A stretch of 64,000 bases of DNA. It comes from Salisapilia sapeloensis CBS 127946. Its lineage: Eukaryota > Protista > Oomycota. Shown piece by piece: positions 60,226-64,000 of the stretch; positions within the stretch are counted from its first letter, which is position 1; each line of letters opens with the position of its first letter. Below the pieces are notes generated by a model. That model saw only the letters and a program-made list of their open reading frames with translations, did not search any database and was not told the origin of the DNA. Made by a program: the position numbers and the translations under genes. Where the stretch lies: the NCBI GenBank assembly GCA_023334545.1, contig JAADVB010000049.1, positions 28,092 to 92,091 on the forward strand, given 5' to 3'.

Positions 60226-62040
60226 CTACTGGGCGCCGCCGAACTGGAAGACACTCGGCTGGTCTCCTCCGGCCGCACCAAACTGGAACTGCTGGGCAGA
60301 CTGGTCTGTCCCGGGTGCCAGGCCGTCCTCGACATCCTCTTCCCCATTGAAGTAGCGCTCCACAATCTTGGCCGCCTTGTCATAGATTTCTATACGAGCA
60401 AAAGCATTAGACCTTGTATCCGACTAGACGCTACCATCTCCCTACCTTCGTTCGCGTGATACTGCAGCGCCTGGATCTTGTTCACGCCGTCCGACTCGTC
60501 CACAAGCGTCGCGACTTCATTCAACTCGCCCGTCCGCTCCTCTTCGCCCACTCGCAAGATGTTCTCGAGTCCTTCCAGCGCCACGATCACTACCTTGGCA
60601 TCCTTGACCTCAAGCAAGTCGCACAGAGGCTTGATGCAGCCGAGACTCACGAGGTGCATGATCTGCTGCGGAGAACCACCGGACGTGGCATTCGACACAG
60701 CCCACGCAGCCTCCTTCCGGACGTCAAACTCGGCCGTCGAGAGGAAACTAATGAGCGTCGGGAAGATGTCTGCCTGGATGACACACTCGATCTGTTCCTG
60801 ATTGCCCGCCGTAATGTTCGATAGCGTCCAGCACGCTTCCTTCCGAATGCCCTTCTTCGGGCTCTCGAGAAGAGATCGGAGGCACGGCAGCGCCTGCAGA
60901 TTGATAATCACCTGTGTCTGGAGGTCGTTGCCTGTCACGATGTTCCCGACGGTCCGCAGTGCCGGCGTCTGGACGGACGGAGACGGGTGGATGAGCAGCT
61001 CGACGATCCGGCGGCAGACGCCTGCCTCGATGACCGCCTGGATACGCTCGTCCAGACCATCCGACATGTACGACAGCGCCCAGCAAGCGTCCGTCAAGAC
61101 CTCCTCGTCCTGTGTATAGATGAGCTGACCGAGAGTCGAGAGCGCCGGCGACACAAGCTCAAACTGCGGCTGCGGCTTGCCTCGGCAAAAGTTCGACAGC
61201 GTCCACGTCGCGTTGCGGAGCATCGTCGGCTTCGAGTTCTCTATGAGCTGCTGTAGCAACGGCAGCAAGGCGCCGCAGCGGAGGACCATGTCACGGCATT
61301 CGATCGAGTCACCGGCGATATTTCCGAGCGCCCACACAGCTTGCTCACGCACGTCGTCGTTCGTAGACAAGAGGAGCTGGCAAAAGATCGGGACGGCGCC
61401 GTTGTTGATCACGACCTTGGTGTCATCCGACGTACCGGACGCAATGTTCGTGAGTGCCCAAGCTGCTTCGAACTGTAGCGTCGGGTAGTCCTCTCGCTGG
61501 AGGAAGTTGACAAAGATCGGCACGACGCCCGCCTCGATGACTTCCTTGATCGGCGGATTACGTTCTAGTTTTTTACATATAATTAGTTTATTAATATAAA
61601 TAAATAAAACAAGACGAGTCTACCGATGGAAAGGAGCTTCCGGAACTTGGTCACGGCATCCAACTGGGCAGCAGGGTCCGCAGAGTTGACGCCAGCAACC
61701 ATTTGCGGTAGCTCTTGCAGCTAGATTCCTAAAGTGAGACGGAGCGATCGCGAATGGAGATGGAGGTACGTACTCTTTCGGCGAGAGAAGGCTCGACGCC
61801 TGGCGTGCCCTCTGCAACCGTTGGCTCTGCAACCTATTTGGAAGGATGCATAAATATAAAAAGACAAGACAAGAGGGAGGATGGGCGTACCATTCGACGG
61901 CGTTGGTTCAGCCGGTCCTCCTTGATGTTCTTCCGGATCTGAACCGTGGTCTCCGACCGACGGCGACGAACCTCATCGGCATCAATCGTCTTCTTAAACG
62001 CATTCTTGCGATCTGGCGCTTTCCCACCCTGGAACGACAT
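60226..62040 (-). CDS. KPNA: Importin subunit alpha (karyopherin alpha), multi-exon
   Basis: IBB domain [26 protein letters not shown]; ARM repeats [39 protein letters not shown]; last exon [21 protein letters not shown]. Confidence 0.96.
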
Positions 62041-62471
62041 GCTCGTATCACCTGTCTGAAAGTGTTCTCCACTACTTTTGCTTCTCGTGCGCTCGACCAC
62101 GGGCGTCTCGATTATCTTGACTTTAGTATACCCTGCCACCGCCGACTCCAGTTACACGTATCGCCCACAGAACACAGTACAAAGTACATATTACAATGGC
62201 ATTCTATATCATATAGATGGCAGTATATGGAGAGAGCTAGTGACGAGTACCACGAGACCTCGTGTTGCTTGCTCGTGGGTCTCCATCTGGAGCGCGTTCG
62301 TCAGGAAAGCACGGGAAGGAGCGTAAAGGTCAAGAGAAACATCCGGACGTGTATGTCGGTATTAGAAAAGTCTAGTAGAACGCCGAGATAAGAGGAAAGA
62401 GACAAGAGACAAGAGCAAAAGACATGACTCGAGTGCGCTTTAAATATGGTACACGGACGACCTGTCTGCAA

Positions 62472-63673
62472 CTAGCCTCCTGCATCAGCTTCGGCTTCAA
62501 AGAACTGGTCGAACCCGTCATCATCTTGTTCCAGCCCAAACGTAAACTCTGGATCGGACTAGACACGCATTAGCTAGATCGCATATTCATACCAACAAGA
62601 AACGTACTCGGAAAGGCTCGAGCTTGTGCAATCCGCCGTCCGAATCGTACGACTAGACACACATCAGACACGCTTGCTCATAGCAATACATAGAAACCAT
62701 ACGGTATCGAGAGGAACCAACGGACTCGATGGATGCGACTCAGACGCTCGGCGCTCGTGTCCTCTCGTCGGAGAGCGCACGAGGAACACGTCCACGGCGC
62801 CTTGCTTGGAGCTAAAATACAGGTGGTACCGCAGCTCATTCGTCTCTGGATCGTGATCTGGATCCGGCACTTCCATCGTCGAACTCGGAGGCGCCTTGAC
62901 CACGATCAAATTCCGATCGCTAAAGCTCTCAATACGCTGCATGTCGCCACGAGACACGAATGCATGGCTTTCAATCGATTCGTCATCAGTGTTCTCCTGG
63001 TACATTTGTCGAATGCTGGTGGTTTGCTCTTCGATCAAACGGTCATACTTTTGCTCTTCCTCGACTTGCTCTGCCAGCGTCTGCGTCAACCTAGTCATAT
63101 CTTCCACCCGATCATTCGCACCAGACGATACACTCGCAGCTCTGTCATACGTGAGAAGTTCAGTCGAGGATGGTACGAAGACAGGAGCCTACTTCCAATG
63201 GATGTTGTTTTTCGATGTCTTCTCAATCAAACCAATGCCTTCCAGTACATTCGTAATGTCATAGATCCGACGTTTCTACATAGTATCCGCCACATTAGTT
63301 CCTACCCTCTACTCTAGACCATACTGCATTGCAACCTGGACGCCAAGTGCTTCCGATGCAGCGTTTAGATCGAGGTCTCCAGTCGGAGACGACTGGATCA
63401 AGTCCACGAATTTCTTCGTGAGCAGACCTAACGAACTATCATATCGACTGGCACTCGCAGGCGACCTCATCGTCGCTAGTACATGCTTAATACAACCAAA
63501 TGCACATTTGCAATCGGACTTGACGTACTTTTGCTCGTGGCGGGCGGCGACTGGAAACCGCCTTGCGCAGTCGAACCTGTCGCTTTCCGAGGCGACTGGA
63601 ACGACTCTTCCGACTTGCGCTTCGGCGTACGTCGCTTGCTCTCGCCGTCGTCCGTCGACTTAAACCGCGGCAT
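62472..63673 (-). CDS. E2F: E2F-family transcription factor (multi-exon; start uncertain)
   Basis: [28 protein letters not shown]|[28 protein letters not shown]; marked box [31 protein letters not shown]; C-terminal [19 protein letters not shown]. Confidence 0.93.
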
Positions 63674-64000
63674 CCGACCTCCCTCCGGTGCTACTTTCGT
63701 TGCACTTGCTGGCGGACGAAACGCTTCTCTTGATTCCAGTATACTTGTATAAGAGTTTGTATACCACGGACACTTAAGTCGAGCCACGAAGCCAGGCACG
63801 ATGGGAGCTGGATCGAGTACGACCAGCGCTTCCACAGACCACGATGATGAATTGCAAGTCAATGGTACCTCTATACTTCCACTTGAACGTTCCTGGCAAT
63901 ACTGATAGACGAGAGAGTAGAGCTACATGTGAATACAGCCGACCAAAATGCTGTCAAGAGCATGCTCGATGACGCTGTGATCGATTATTTCAGAGATAAC

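Noticed and set aside
1-64000. Apparent abundance of CTAG, TCGA and GTAC palindromic 4-mers
   Set aside because: Impression only; partly explained by splice-site consensus (GTAC, CTAG) and not quantifiable without computing tetranucleotide odds ratios.

Overview
This is a gene-dense eukaryotic nuclear window, most consistent with an oomycete or related stramenopile. That assignment is inferred from short GT-AG introns (mostly ~48-66 nt, often with CTAAY-like branch points), Inr/FPR-like promoter motifs and oomycete-type families (START+FYVE, GKW..LNC..MRISKK proteins). I found no rRNA, tRNA, CRISPR array or intact transposon. About 30 protein genes can be supported, many only after splicing by hand across the ORF track. 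Recognisable genes: MATE transporter, proline dehydrogenase, EDC4, MPTb/CinA-domain protein, URI1, PRIM1, RPS8, chorismate synthase, YTH reader, thioredoxin-TM protein, GOLD protein, MED15-like, nardilysin-like M16 peptidase, NUDCD1, RPAP3, CGI121, transketolase, TMEM208, Bub2-like TBC GAP, PPEF phosphatase, PX-AGC kinase, importin alpha and E2F. The most notable items are absent from the ORF track and appear only on splicing. (1) A 202-aa securin-like protein with a KEN box, a perfect D-box, CDK sites, a basic/acidic split and an EVEY motif. (2) A calcineurin-A-like phosphatase fused to a calcineurin-B-like EF-hand pair and a hydrophobic tail. (3) URI prefoldin carrying an internal Hsp70/90-type TPR clamp. 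(4) A TRF-like telobox protein head-to-head with a Harbinger-type Myb/SANT gene. (5) E2F-like sites just upstream of PRIM1, the securin candidate and the telobox gene. (6) A long, structured RPS8 intron. All family calls come from motif recognition by eye, no searches were run, and splice models are unverified predictions.
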